The notes: generated by a model from the sequence alone, not told the origin. A stretch of 64,000 bases of DNA from a bacterium (GCA_041946805.1 JBHGBC010000011.1:4151-68150), one strand, 5' to 3'; shown: positions 38,561 through 49,090, counted from the first letter of the stretch. Translations and numbers: made by a program.

Positions 38561-39976
38561 ATGACGCCGCATGAAGTATTGACCCTCATCAAGGAGAAAT
38601 CGATCAAATACATCGATTTCAAGTTCCAGGACTTTCCCGGCACCTGGCAGCATTTCTGCGTCCCCTCCCATTGCCTTGAAGCCGAGTCATTCGAAGAGGG
38701 ATTCGGCTTTGATGGTTCCAGCATCCGCGGCTGGCAGGCGATCAACGAAAGCGACATGCTGATCCTGCCCGATCCCACCACGGCCTTCGTCGATCCGTTC
38801 CGGGAGCATTCGACCCTGTCCCTGACCTGCTCCATCCTGGATCCCATCACGCTGCAGCCCTACACCCGCGATCCCCGCAACGTCGCCAAGAAATGCGAGG
38901 AATACATCAAGTCCACCGGCCTGGCCGACACGGTTTACTTCGGCCCGGAAGCGGAATTCTTCATCTTCGACCACGTCCGCTGCGGGCAGGCGGCCAACTA
39001 CGCCATGTATGAAATCGACTCGGTGGAAGGCGTCTGGAACAGCGACGCGGAGTGCGACGGCCACAACCTGGGCCACCGCCCGCGCCACAAGGAAGGCTAC
39101 TTCCCCGTGCCGCCGACGGACACGCTCCAGGACATCCGCTCGGAAATGGTCGATGTGCTCATCAGCCTGGGCATCGACGTGGAGGCGCACCATCACGAGG
39201 TGGCCACCGCCGGCCAGTGCGAAATCGACATGCGCTTCGGCCCCCTGGTGCGCATGGCCGACCAGCTCATGATGTATAAATACGTTTTGAAGAACGTCGC
39301 CGCCCGCCATGGCAAAACCGTCACCTTCATGCCCAAGCCCATGTTCGGCGATAACGGATCGGGCATGCACGTGCACTCCAGCCTGTGGAAAAACGGCAAG
39401 CCCCTGTTCGCGGGGGACAAGTACGCGGGGCTATCGCAGATGGCCTTGCATTACATCGGCGGCATCCTGAAGCACGCCGACGCCTTGATCGCCTTCTGCG
39501 CCCCCACCACCAACTCGTACAAGCGGCTGGTCCCCGGCTACGAGGCGCCCGTCAACCTGGCCTATTCGCAGCGCAACCGCAGCGCGGCCGTGCGCATTCC
39601 CATGTATTCGCCCAGCCCCAAGGCCAAGCGCATCGAGTTCCGTTGCCCCGATCCCTCCTGCAATCCCTACTTCGCCTTCGCGGCCATCGCCATGGCCGGG
39701 ATCGACGGCATCCTGAACAAGACCGATCCGGGCGATCCACTCGACAAAAACCTCTACGACCTTCCCCCCGAGGAACTGGCCAAGGTCCCCAAGGTCCCCG
39801 GTTCGCTGGCGGACGCGGTGAACGCGCTGGAAAAAGACCATCAGTTCCTGCTGCAGGGCGATGTCTTCACCCAGGACGTCATCGACACCTGGATCGAATA
39901 CAAGCGGACCCAGGAGATTCTTCCCTGCAATCTCCGCCCGACGCCGTACGAGTTCTTCCTGTACTACGATTGCTAA
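38561..39976 (+). CDS. glnA: Glutamine synthetase type I (beta)
   Basis: ATG after AAGGAG; [54 protein letters not shown] and adenylylation site [10 protein letters not shown]. Confidence 0.98.
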   Translation: MTPHEVLTLIKEKSIKYIDFKFQDFPGTWQHFCVPSHCLEAESFEEGFGFDGSSIRGWQAINESDMLILPDPTTAFVDPFREHSTLSLTCSILDPITLQPYTRDPRNVAKKCEEYIKSTGLADTVYFGPEAEFFIFDHVRCGQAANYAMYEIDSVEGVWNSDAECDGHNLGHRPRHKEGYFPVPPTDTLQDIRSEMVDVLISLGIDVEAHHHEVATAGQCEIDMRFGPLVRMADQLMMYKYVLKNVAARHGKTVTFMPKPMFGDNGSGMHVHSSLWKNGKPLFAGDKYAGLSQMALHYIGGILKHADALIAFCAPTTNSYKRLVPGYEAPVNLAYSQRNRSAAVRIPMYSPSPKAKRIEFRCPDPSCNPYFAFAAIAMAGIDGILNKTDPGDPLDKNLYDLPPEELAKVPKVPGSLADAVNALEKDHQFLLQGDVFTQDVIDTWIEYKRTQEILPCNLRPTPYEFFLYYDC

Positions 39977-40031
39977 GACGTTTCGCTGACGTTATCTCTT
40001 GTTCACCTGAAAAATGCTCATTCTTCAATGC

Positions 40032-40072
40032 GCGGGACTGGCGCACCGGCTTTCCAGTCCCGCCTTTTTTTA
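40032..40072 (+). terminator. Intrinsic terminator of glnA
   Basis: GCGGGACTGG...CCAGTCCCGC stem followed by a T run. Confidence 0.8.
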
Positions 40073-40328
40073 TTGGGCGGATTTGGATAGAAACTTCGAG
40101 TATCATCCACATTGACACGGGCTTCCTGCTCGTGAAAGCAGGGGCACATGGCAACGTGCCTTGCGGAGGATGCTACATATGGAGAATCACAGGGGTACAC
40201 ATCGTTGGGGAATGCATACCATGGCGGGAGGGAATTTGGGGGGCAGGCATCCTTGCCTGCATCCCCTTTGGAGAAATGTAGGGTGGGCTCAAAGCGCAGC
40301 GTAGCCCACCAACAAAATCCCCTGTTGA

Positions 40329-40420
40329 GTAGGATGGGTTAGCGCGCAGCGCGTAACCCATCAATATCCTGGTCATCCTGTGCATCCTGACCATCCTGAT
40401 TCAGACAAAAACCCATCCCT
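40329..40420 (+). repeat. GTAG-type REP hairpin plus 9-nt-period CATCCTG array
   Basis: GTAGGATGGGTTAGCGCGCAGCGCGTAACCCATC followed by (CATCCTGnn)n-ATTCAGACAAAAACC. Inverted copy at 52238-52340; partial copy at ~30366-30423. Confidence 0.8.
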
Positions 40421-40502
40421 ACCTTGCGCCCGAACCACGAATCGAGTCAAATTCCTGGAGCAGATGTTCAATTGACATTGTGACCATCCCCGCTCATCCA
40501 GG

Positions 40503-41705
40503 ATGCGAGCCTTCATGAAATACTCATATTCCTGGCATACCAGCCTCTCCTGGGCGCTTGGCATCGGTTTAACCGGTTGGATATTCGCGGGATTACCAGG
40601 CATCGTGGCCATTCATGGCGCCGATTTCGATCATTACTACAGGGCCGGTGAACAGATTTTCCGGGGAGAGAACATTTATTACGACGCGCAAGCGGATTGG
40701 GCGCGCGAGGGGATCGACTCGTGGTACCTCTATCCCCCCTATTTCGCCGCCGCATTTTATCCCTTGACCTGGCTGGGTCCGGTGCGCGCCAAGGCGGTCT
40801 TCGCGGTTTTTGCAGCCGCCACGCTCCTTGGGATCGATCTGATTTTGTTGAGCCTCCGGACGATATTATCTCCCCGCGCGCCGCTGTTGGATCCCTTCAT
40901 CCATCTGCTCGTCCTGGCGCCGTATCCCTCCTCCCTCCTGCTGGGATCGCTGCAGATCGAGGGATTCCTGTTTCTGCTTTTTCTCCTGACCGTCATGGGA
41001 ACCCTGGAAATCCGCCGGCTTTGGGGAACCGGTTGCGCGTACGCCGCGGGCGTGATGATCAAACTCTGGCCGGGGCCTTTCCTGTTATCGCTCGCGGTGG
41101 TTTGGCGGAAACGGATCTTCATTCCCGTTTTGACGATCGGGCTGGGCGCGGGATTCCTCTTTACCGGATTGGCGGGCTGGCGCGTCCAGTGGACCTTCCT
41201 GCAGACCATTCTTCCGGCCTTGATGCACTACGCGGACGATTACATCGACAACCAGTCGCTTACCTTGTTTCTGCGTGAATCATTTTCCTGGAGCGATGGC
41301 TTCATCCAGATGATCCGGCTGGCGATTTTGGCCTCGTACGCCCTGGCGGTTTATCACGCGCGGGATTCGCTCAAGAACCGGAACCCGCGCGCCGTGGCGG
41401 TCAACGCGTCCCTGTTTGCGGCGGTCTCATTGCTCATCACTCCCACCGCCTGGTCCGCCACCCATATCCGCCTGCTGCTGCCCCTGGCCACCTCCGGCGC
41501 GCTGAGCATCGATCCCTCGCGGCGGTTTTCCCGGTGGGGATTTATCTCGTTGATTTCCGTTCTTCTTTATATCTATCCTCAAGGATTTTTCGGGGTAGAC
41601 GGTTTCTATTGGCTGGAACGGTATCCTTTGTTGTGGGCCACGCTGATCCAGTATGGAATATTTCTCTATGTATCGTTTCAGAAAAATGGCTCATCCGGCC
41701 GGTGA
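40503..41705 (+). CDS. GT87/DUF2029-family membrane glycosyltransferase
   Basis: ADF..YY..G, YLYPPYFA..F.PL, IKLWP and DNQSL; many TM helices. Confidence 0.8.
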   Translation: MRAFMKYSYSWHTSLSWALGIGLTGWIFAGLPGIVAIHGADFDHYYRAGEQIFRGENIYYDAQADWAREGIDSWYLYPPYFAAAFYPLTWLGPVRAKAVFAVFAAATLLGIDLILLSLRTILSPRAPLLDPFIHLLVLAPYPSSLLLGSLQIEGFLFLLFLLTVMGTLEIRRLWGTGCAYAAGVMIKLWPGPFLLSLAVVWRKRIFIPVLTIGLGAGFLFTGLAGWRVQWTFLQTILPALMHYADDYIDNQSLTLFLRESFSWSDGFIQMIRLAILASYALAVYHARDSLKNRNPRAVAVNASLFAAVSLLITPTAWSATHIRLLLPLATSGALSIDPSRRFSRWGFISLISVLLYIYPQGFFGVDGFYWLERYPLLWATLIQYGIFLYVSFQKNGSSGR

Positions 41706-41799
41706 ATGCTTGATCACGAGGCTCAATCCCTTCCGTTTTTCATGATATTCTGCGGCGTCCAAAATGCGGATGAATCATTCCAATCATCGGGAGGACGCC

Positions 41800-42537
41800 A
41801 TGAATCGATACTCCATTTGGTGCGCCGTGCTGCTCGCGGGCCTGGCCTGTCTGGCCGCTTGCCAAACCGCCCAAATCCACCAGCCGGAGAGTCCAGACGC
41901 CGTGGTCGAGCAATTTAGCCGGCTGACCTCATCCTCGATATCCGACGCCGTGGACCGCGTGACCGGCCGGCGCGGCTACATGGACCACGACATGCGGCCG
42001 GTTTACTCCGCTCCTTTTTGCGGACGGGCGGTGACCGTGCTGGCGCAACCCTCCACCGCCAGCGAACCCCCAAGGATGGCCCTGGACCTGATTGACACCG
42101 AAGCGCCGGGCAAGGTGCTGGTGATCGTCATGGACGGTCCGGACGGGCGGGATGTCGCGGCCTTCGGGGGAATCATGTGCGCCGGCGCGATGGCGCGGGG
42201 CTTTGCCGGCGCGGTGCTGGACGGCGGATGCCGCGACGCCGCGGAAATTCAGGCCCGTAAATTCCCCGTGTACGCGCGCGGCATCGTTCCCTCCAATTCG
42301 CTCGGGCGTTACGTGAACGTGTCGCAAAATCAACCGGTCACCTGCGCGGGCGTGCGGGTGACGCCCGGCGACATCGTCCGCGGCGATTCCGACGGCGTCG
42401 TCGTGATCCCCCAGGCCCGGGCGGAGGAAATTCTGCGCGTGGCCCAGGAACTGGAAATCCGGGAAGCGGCCACGGTCCAGGATGTCTTCCAACTCAAATC
42501 CATCCGCGCCGCCTCGCAGAAAAACCAGCGCATATGA
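41800..42537 (+). CDS. RraA/HMG-aldolase family protein with lipoprotein signal
   Basis: ATG after GGAGG; lipobox LAAC. SDAVD, GRAVT, GGIM..GA..G..GAVLDG.CRD and V.PGDIV.GD.DGVVVIP. Confidence 0.88.
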   Translation: MNRYSIWCAVLLAGLACLAACQTAQIHQPESPDAVVEQFSRLTSSSISDAVDRVTGRRGYMDHDMRPVYSAPFCGRAVTVLAQPSTASEPPRMALDLIDTEAPGKVLVIVMDGPDGRDVAAFGGIMCAGAMARGFAGAVLDGGCRDAAEIQARKFPVYARGIVPSNSLGRYVNVSQNQPVTCAGVRVTPGDIVRGDSDGVVVIPQARAEEILRVAQELEIREAATVQDVFQLKSIRAASQKNQRI

Positions 42538-42544
42538 AAACCGG

Positions 42545-42574
42545 GGCACATCCGGCCCGGGTGTGCCTTTTTTT
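42545..42574 (+). terminator. Intrinsic terminator
   Basis: GGCACATCCGG/CCGGGTGTGCC hairpin followed by T7. Confidence 0.7.
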
Positions 42575-42797
42575 CCAGAGGCCCAATCTGCATCTCCTCG
42601 AGCTGATCGGTGAGAACCACTCCAAAATTCCTTCTCCCTTGAGGAAAAGGGCCGGTTGAGGGAATTTTTCAGGACCAGGTCCTGCGGTTCCACCCCAACA
42701 AGACGGCGGATTGAATTGCGGCCTCCCTATCATGTAATCATGGCCGCGTTGAACCATATGGTTCGCTCTGATTTGACCGAACATATCGAGGAAGACG

Positions 42798-43583
42798 ATG
42801 ATTCACAAAAATCAAATAAGTTGGATCGGATTTCTGGTTTGGACGGCATCCATTTTCCCAACGGCATCCTCGGATGAAGAATGCTCCCTCGAGAAACTGC
42901 CGTGCCTTTCGGTGGTGGAAATCCAGGGGGATTTCGAACATGTCCAGGGGATCGCCGTGGATGAACACTACCTTTGGCTTACCTCCGTGCACCGCCAGAA
43001 CCAGACCGGTGATCTTCATAAGTACAACCGCATGACTGGCGCGTTGATCCGGCGGATTTCCGTTCAGGAGAAGGAACAGTACCACCCGGGCGGCATCGCC
43101 CTGGAGGGCGATTTCCTCTGGGTTCCCGTGGCGGCTTATTCCCGGGAAGGATCCAGCACGATCGAGCGCCGGGACAAGGAAACTCTCGAACTCCACGGCC
43201 GCTTTTTCGTCCCGGATCACATCGGCTGCCTGGCAGCCGGAAACGGTCAGATCATCGGAGCGAATTGGGACGCGCGGATCATTTACCTCTGGACCCCTGA
43301 GGGTACGCTTTTGCAAAAGATCGCCAATCCCCGGGACACCCGTTACCAGGACATGAAATGGGCCGGCGGGATGCTGATCGCTTCGGGTTTGCTAGGCGGT
43401 CAAGGAGTGGTGGATTGGCTTTCGTGGCCCTCCCTGGATCTGCAAAAACGGATCCGCGGCGGCAAAACCAGCCGCGGGATTCATTACATGAATGAAGGAA
43501 TGGCTGTTTTCAACCATCACCTCTTCTTGCTTCCCGAAGACGGACCCAACAGCCGCTTGTTCATGTTCTCCTTGATCCCTTGA
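42798..43583 (+). CDS. Secreted beta-propeller protein (DUF6454-like)
   Basis: Signal peptide; HVQGI, YHPGGI..G..LWVPVA.Y, DHIG.L, GANWD, YQD.K and EG motifs. Confidence 0.6.
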   Translation: MIHKNQISWIGFLVWTASIFPTASSDEECSLEKLPCLSVVEIQGDFEHVQGIAVDEHYLWLTSVHRQNQTGDLHKYNRMTGALIRRISVQEKEQYHPGGIALEGDFLWVPVAAYSREGSSTIERRDKETLELHGRFFVPDHIGCLAAGNGQIIGANWDARIIYLWTPEGTLLQKIANPRDTRYQDMKWAGGMLIASGLLGGQGVVDWLSWPSLDLQKRIRGGKTSRGIHYMNEGMAVFNHHLFLLPEDGPNSRLFMFSLIP

Positions 43584-44051
43584 TTTTTTTCTGTTGTCCC
43601 ATCGCGGAAGTTGGCGATCGCTGCCGGATCGATATATCCGGCTCATCCGGCAAGTGCCTACATTTTCCAAAGGGAAGGCACGGTTTCCCATGGATCAGGC
43701 CTGAGGGGCCCACCGCAACTTCCCTAATCCCCTTGACAGAGATCGTTCCATATCAGGGTGAGGGAAAGCCTTATCACACTGGTTTCTCTCGGCCAGTTGC
43801 GTATCGCCACACGCTTATCGGTAAAATGACTCCCTGCTGGGGTTGGCTTTAAAGCCGCCCAGGGATTCAATCCTGGGCCAATGGCTCGGGTGTAGGCTCT
43901 TATCGCATGATCCTTATTTCTGAGCAAAATCAAAACGGACCGATGAAACCCGGGACGCCAAAAGTATAGCCTCTGCTTTACCAAGGATTGCCAACGAGGG
44001 AGGAATGCAAGCAGGTTGCCAACCGTCCCCTCATTCTCGATCAAAAAATGA

Positions 44052-44081
44052 TTGACAAATTCCGATCCTTCGTGAGATAAT
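44052..44081 (+). promoter_or_regulatory. Sigma70 promoter
   Basis: TTGACA-N18-GATAAT with TGn extension, upstream of the gene at 44183. Confidence 0.65.
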
Positions 44082-44182
44082 CGCTCGATTTGTGCCGAAT
44101 GGTGATCCGGCCCCTATGTAAAGCCGAAAATCCTTGAGCGAATGTCTTCTCAAACATGCCTTCACGAAAGGAGAGGTTCATC

Positions 44183-44971
44183 ATGAAGAATTTGGGTGTA
44201 TGGGTGTTGGTTTTGGGGAGTTTGGTTTTCATCGCGCCCGCCGGACAGGCGCAGGTGATTTTCGCCGCCGATTTTTCCTCGGCCCAGGGCTACAAGGACG
44301 GCCCTCTGGTGGGCCAGCCGGCCGGAGCGAGCACGGTCTGGCTCAATGGCAACGACGCGGAGGGGAATCCGACCTACGCCGTGCTCAACCAGCAACTGGT
44401 CATTACCCAAGAGGTCGATGCGTCGGGGAACGCGTTTGACCGCTGGGTTTTGTATCCGCTGCCCCCGCAGACCGGCAAGTTCACCGTCACCTTCGATTGG
44501 CAATATGTCGGGCCCGCGGACGGTTCCGTCGACGTCGGCTTTTGTATCAGCGCCACGGAGAACTTTGCCATCGATGGCAATGACGCGCCGACCTACAACG
44601 AACAAGGGGTCATGTGCCGGATGCAGTCGGGCGACGGCACCGAGATCATCGACGTCCGTAACGGCGATTGGGCCGGCGGCGGAACCTATGATGCGTCGGA
44701 AGATATCTTTTACACGGACGGCGTGAAGTATTTCATGCGGTACGAAATCGACGCGAGCCAAGCGGTCCAAACCTTTGATGTCTATCTGCGTCCCGAGGGG
44801 AAAGCGGAAATCAAACTGGCCGACTTGTTTGGATTCCGGCGCGATTGCCCCAACGGATTGGATACCGTGGCCATTTGGATGGATGGCGGTTTCGCGGGCA
44901 CGAAGGTGATTATTGACAACATCGTGATCGCCGGCCCCGCGCCGGTCGGGGATTGGCAGGTTTACCAGTAA
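44183..44971 (+). CDS. Secreted acidic beta-sandwich (lectin-like) protein with C-terminal V-G-D-W motif
   Basis: ATG after GAAAGGAGAGG; signal peptide ending AQA; beta-rich sequence. Ends IDNIVIAGPAPVGDWQVYQ. Confidence 0.75.
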   Translation: MKNLGVWVLVLGSLVFIAPAGQAQVIFAADFSSAQGYKDGPLVGQPAGASTVWLNGNDAEGNPTYAVLNQQLVITQEVDASGNAFDRWVLYPLPPQTGKFTVTFDWQYVGPADGSVDVGFCISATENFAIDGNDAPTYNEQGVMCRMQSGDGTEIIDVRNGDWAGGGTYDASEDIFYTDGVKYFMRYEIDASQAVQTFDVYLRPEGKAEIKLADLFGFRRDCPNGLDTVAIWMDGGFAGTKVIIDNIVIAGPAPVGDWQVYQ

Positions 44972-45059
44972 GAAAATCACCCCCGGCGCCGCCGGGAGGA
45001 ATACGCGAGGGAAACGGTTCGAACGAGGGAAGTGGGGACAGCCTTCTTCCCTCAACCGT

Positions 45060-45722
45060 TTATCCCCGCTGCACGATATCCCCCCCGCTGACGAGGCCGT
45101 TGGAGGTGCTGTAGGGCAAGCCCCGGGTATCGGCGCCGGTGTTGCTGGGGATGCCGATAAATCCATCCGGCCCGATGCTGAACAAGGCGAATTCGCCGGT
45201 TTTCAGGGGACTGATGCCGATGGACTGGGCGAAGGGATTGTTCAGCAAATAAAGCCCGATGTTGTGATCCTCGCCCGGATCTTCGGGATCGTTATCGAAA
45301 TAGATGTACGTTTGCCCGCGTTCGTCCGCGCCGAAGCCGATGGACAGGTTGTACTTCGATTCAAACGGATCGATGGGAATCGAGGAGAGATAAGCGACCG
45401 GCGTCGTAAGAGGGTAATATAGATTTTCGAGCGTGGTGGAGGGAGGCCGCTGGCCGACTTTGTTGAATACGGTTTCCCACCGTTTCAGGCCCCATTCCGT
45501 GTCGTCATCCCAAAAATCGAGCAACAACACCCCCTTATCGAGGCGGAGCATCTGGATGGCGGAGGCCGTGGCGCGGATATCCGCCTGGGTGCGCGCCACC
45601 TTGGCCCGGATCTGCGCGTTCAGAAAATTGGGCACGGCGATCGCGGCCAGGATGCCGATAATCGCCACCACGATCAGCAATTCAATGAGCGTGAACGAAG
45701 CGCGCGAGGATTTCCAGTTCAT
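45060..45722 (-). CDS. Prepilin-type (GspG-like) protein, paralogue 3
   Basis: S|FTLIELLIVVAIIGILAAIAVPNFLNAQIRAKVAR; LTTPVAYLSSIPIDPF, SIGPD and YSTSNGLVSGGDI. Confidence 0.88.
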   Translation of the reverse strand: MNWKSSRASFTLIELLIVVAIIGILAAIAVPNFLNAQIRAKVARTQADIRATASAIQMLRLDKGVLLLDFWDDDTEWGLKRWETVFNKVGQRPPSTTLENLYYPLTTPVAYLSSIPIDPFESKYNLSIGFGADERGQTYIYFDNDPEDPGEDHNIGLYLLNNPFAQSIGISPLKTGEFALFSIGPDGFIGIPSNTGADTRGLPYSTSNGLVSGGDIVQRG

Positions 45723-46055
45723 AACTTCCCACCCCGGTATTTTATTGACTATCGATTGTTTATGGATAAATAGAATCGGTTCATTGTGCCTATTTCAGCG
45801 AAATCCGTCAACTGGAATTCAGTTGGTTGGCGGGCGACGCCGCGCTTTGAGCCTACCCTTCTCTTACTACGCTTACCCCGTGCCAAATTCCCTCATCCTG
45901 ATCCTCTCCCAAAGGGAGAGGGACTGGAGTATGACTATCCGGAAGCATAAAAAATCTCTCCCACAGGGAGAGGGAACCAAAGGCTGGGGGGGTATCGTGT
46001 AGCAGGGAGGGATGTTAGGTTGGTATCACGGCGCTCAATCCACTCTGCGTGCCCG

Positions 46056-46215
46056 TAGTTGTTTACCCGAATATGGATTTGTCCTAGGGCTTTATTCGTG
46101 GTATGGGCAAGGACGGGAACGTGAAACGATTCCCTCCCTCGGGGAGAGGGTCCGGGTGATGGATGCCCTGAAAGGGCATAATTCATTCTTTCTCCGCAAT
46201 CGAGTGAATTGTTGC
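46056..46215 (+). mobile_element. ~160-bp MITE-like element carrying the REP-A hairpin
   Basis: Colinear with 59392-59557 (TTACCCGAAT..GCTTTATTCGT..GAAACGATTCCCT..GAAAGGGC..AATTCAT..GCAAT). Imperfect terminal inverted repeats GTA..TGTTTACCCGA / TCGAGT.AA..GTT.C. Confidence 0.6.
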
Positions 46216-46227
46216 GGCATGCCGTGC

Positions 46228-48720
46228 TTATTTTTCCCACCAATGATCCAGCGCCTGGGATTCTGTAATGTATCCGTGGTAACGGCCCATCCAGTAGGCG
46301 GTCAGGTATCCGATGCCGCCGATTTCCGAGCGGATGGCCCCCTCCTCCTGCAGGATCAGGGTCGTATCGCTCCAGGTGGCTCCCCGGTCATGGCTGACAT
46401 ACAGGCCCGCCGGAGTGCCCACATAAACTTCATCCGCGTGGCGGGGCATCCAAAGGGATTGAACCCGGGGGATGTCCAAGCCCTTATTGCTGGCGTCCCA
46501 AGTTTTCCCCGCGTCGCGCGTGACCGCGATGCCGGTTTCCATTCGCCCGTACCAGGTGTCGGGATTGCGGCGATCCACCTTGAGTTCCTGGATGGGAAAG
46601 CGGCGCGATAATCCGAACAACCGCCGCATTTCTTCCTGTTTGAAATCGCCACCCTGATAGCCGGACAAGGCCCAATCCATGAGCGGTTTCAACTCCCGCA
46701 GCACCGGGATCCAGGTTTTCCCGCCGTCCTCACTGAAGGTGATCAGCGGGCCGGATGGTCCTTCGCTGGATTGGATGGCGCGGAAGATCCGGCGCGAAGC
46801 CCCCTCATCCACCATCAGCCACAGGGGCCGCCCGGCCAAGGGATTCGCCTCCCCGAATCCGCCCCGCCGGGTGATCCGTTCCACCACACGCCATTCCGGT
46901 TCGTCCTCGGACTTGGAATAGAATTCCTGCACGGTTTGCATATAGTGGCGGGTTGTCTCTCCCCGCGGATCGGCCGCGAACACCGCTGGCGCGCCGCTGC
47001 CCTGGCCCACCACCCGCCAGGATGTCCCCAGATCGCGTTCGCCCCGATCCGGCGATTTGTAGATCCCTTCCGCGCCCACGGCGTAAATAACATGCGTGTT
47101 TTCGGGATCAACCAAGAGTCTCTGCGCACTCTGCGCAGAGACCTGTTCCCAGTTTTGTCCGCCGTTCATGGTGCGGTAGATTCCCCCGGATGTGGCGGCC
47201 AACGCGATCCAGGGATAATCGGGCGAAAAAAGAAAATCATTGACTTTCGGCAATCCCGGCATCGCGTGCCAGATCTCGCCCCGCGTGTTGCTCCAATAGG
47301 CGTATCCAGCCGTATCCGCGGCGAACTGAACATAGGGATCATGAGGGGAGATTTCAACCACGGAGGCGATGCGGCTGAGCCAGCCATCCAGTTGATACGG
47401 GCTGCCCTTCCATTCGTACTCGTTGTCCGAGGGCCGCTCGTAACCGGGCAACGGACGCAGCGCCTCCTGGTCCCGCCCTCCGTCCGTGAATTCCAAATCG
47501 GTCCGTATACTGTTCATCCGCGGTTGAAAAATGAGACACGTGGGAACGGTTTGCAAATACCACAGGGAGCCTTCCCGATCGCCGTATGCGTCCCCCAGAA
47601 CAGCTTGATAGACATAATTGAACCAGGGATTCTTGTCACTCTTGTGGACTTTCCAGGAATCCTCCACCAGTTTGCGGTAATAAGCGCGCAGGGCGGGATC
47701 TTCCTCGATGAGATGGAGCAGGTACAGATCCCCCAGGAGATGATCGGTGTCATCAAAATTTTCCCGTTCCCCGCCCACGATGTTCTCTTTTGATTTTTCG
47801 GGATCGAGGAAACCCAGACGTTCCACCCAGGTGTCGTGCAAAGTCTTCAGTTTGTCGTTTCCTGTGATTAAATAAGCCACTTTCAAGCCGCATATCGCAT
47901 AGACGGATCCATCCGAGGGCCGGTCTTGGCCGCCCAGGCCGCCCCACCCGCCGATCAGCACCGTGCTTTCGCGTTGGCCATCCGGAAACATAACCCGCAT
48001 GTCGTGCTGGATGTGAATCCAGTTGGACATGTCCGTGACGATCTCCCGAATCGCTTGTTTTTGGGATTCATCCGCGGCGAGGAAATAATAAATGCCCAAA
48101 CCCCGGAACACCTGGTCGTAGTTGTGATGGCTTGGACCGCCGCGGTACCGGTAATCGCTGAATTCCCCTTTCCCTTGCTCCCACAGGTCGCGTGTGTCCG
48201 CGCCACCCCGTTCCTCGTAGGAAAGACCGTGTCCATAAGCGATCCCCCGGGCCAGGTAACCCGGTTGCCCGCTGACCAGGGTCAACTTCCGGATTCCGGA
48301 AATCACCTCATCCGCCCGTGCGTACGCTTCCAGGAATTCGGGGCTTGATTCCCCTTTGTCCTTGCGCCAAAACGCCACCCGGAACGCTTCCGCCGTGAGG
48401 TAGCATCCCGTCCACGAACTGGTGTGGGCGATGTTGGAAAGGCCCGTGGTCCCGTGATCGAAAATCCACCCGGGAGGCAGTTCGCCCGTTTCAACCAGCC
48501 GCTTCCAGGCCCCGGTCTGATCGCCTGTATAATGCCGGGGAGGGATGAGACGGACAGAGGAGGGGCAAGTCCCCTCGATGTTGTGCCGTTCCTGCATGAT
48601 CTTTTCATGCAGCAGAGCTTTGTCGTGCAGCGTTTTCTTCCAGCTGGAGCGGTCCCGGTGCGCGTCCGCAAGCAGGGTTCCGGCTAGAATCAGGGATAAC
48701 AGTCCAATCGATTTCTTCAT
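46228..48720 (-). CDS. Secreted protein: alpha/alpha-barrel domain plus BNR/Asp-box beta-propeller (glycosidase-like)
   Basis: Start MKKSIGLL after GGGGAG; signal peptide. WTG.YL..EAFR, PGYLARG and S...YD..F.G in the N-terminal half; Asp-boxes (RTMNGGQNW, SEDGGKTW, TRDAGKTW, SHDRGATW) in the C-terminal half. Confidence 0.75.
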   Translation of the reverse strand: MKKSIGLLSLILAGTLLADAHRDRSSWKKTLHDKALLHEKIMQERHNIEGTCPSSVRLIPPRHYTGDQTGAWKRLVETGELPPGWIFDHGTTGLSNIAHTSSWTGCYLTAEAFRVAFWRKDKGESSPEFLEAYARADEVISGIRKLTLVSGQPGYLARGIAYGHGLSYEERGGADTRDLWEQGKGEFSDYRYRGGPSHHNYDQVFRGLGIYYFLAADESQKQAIREIVTDMSNWIHIQHDMRVMFPDGQRESTVLIGGWGGLGGQDRPSDGSVYAICGLKVAYLITGNDKLKTLHDTWVERLGFLDPEKSKENIVGGERENFDDTDHLLGDLYLLHLIEEDPALRAYYRKLVEDSWKVHKSDKNPWFNYVYQAVLGDAYGDREGSLWYLQTVPTCLIFQPRMNSIRTDLEFTDGGRDQEALRPLPGYERPSDNEYEWKGSPYQLDGWLSRIASVVEISPHDPYVQFAADTAGYAYWSNTRGEIWHAMPGLPKVNDFLFSPDYPWIALAATSGGIYRTMNGGQNWEQVSAQSAQRLLVDPENTHVIYAVGAEGIYKSPDRGERDLGTSWRVVGQGSGAPAVFAADPRGETTRHYMQTVQEFYSKSEDEPEWRVVERITRRGGFGEANPLAGRPLWLMVDEGASRRIFRAIQSSEGPSGPLITFSEDGGKTWIPVLRELKPLMDWALSGYQGGDFKQEEMRRLFGLSRRFPIQELKVDRRNPDTWYGRMETGIAVTRDAGKTWDASNKGLDIPRVQSLWMPRHADEVYVGTPAGLYVSHDRGATWSDTTLILQEEGAIRSEIGGIGYLTAYWMGRYHGYITESQALDHWWEK

Positions 48721-49090
48721 GAAGATCACTCCCCATCGGCAGGTATCGAAATGCTCCATTCGTGGGTGGATTGTAGTAGAGGATGGTGATTTTGGATACG
48801 TGGCCCTGGAGCCAGGAGGTTTCATGGCATAAAGGGCCATGCGGCGCCGGGACGGCGGACCTTCTGGTGAACCGTTGATCCCCAATCGCTCTTGCCCAAA
48901 ACCCGGCTCAGCGGCATTCCCGCCCTCCCCTTCTTCACCTGGGGTTTCTCCTGGAGGATGGGGGATCCGTCAACTGTATGTGGTTGTTTCGTTTTTCACG
49001 GCGGCAATGGAATTTCGCCTGAAAAATCCATAGACTAGTCACCGTGAAATCATGCGCGCCGTCCCATTCATCATGATGGCAGGTTGATCC

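Noticed and set aside
46228-46260. C-terminus ALDHWWEK as another instance of the sorting motif
   Set aside because: It lacks the V/I-x-D/E-W spacing and the preceding linker, and probably belongs to the folded domain.
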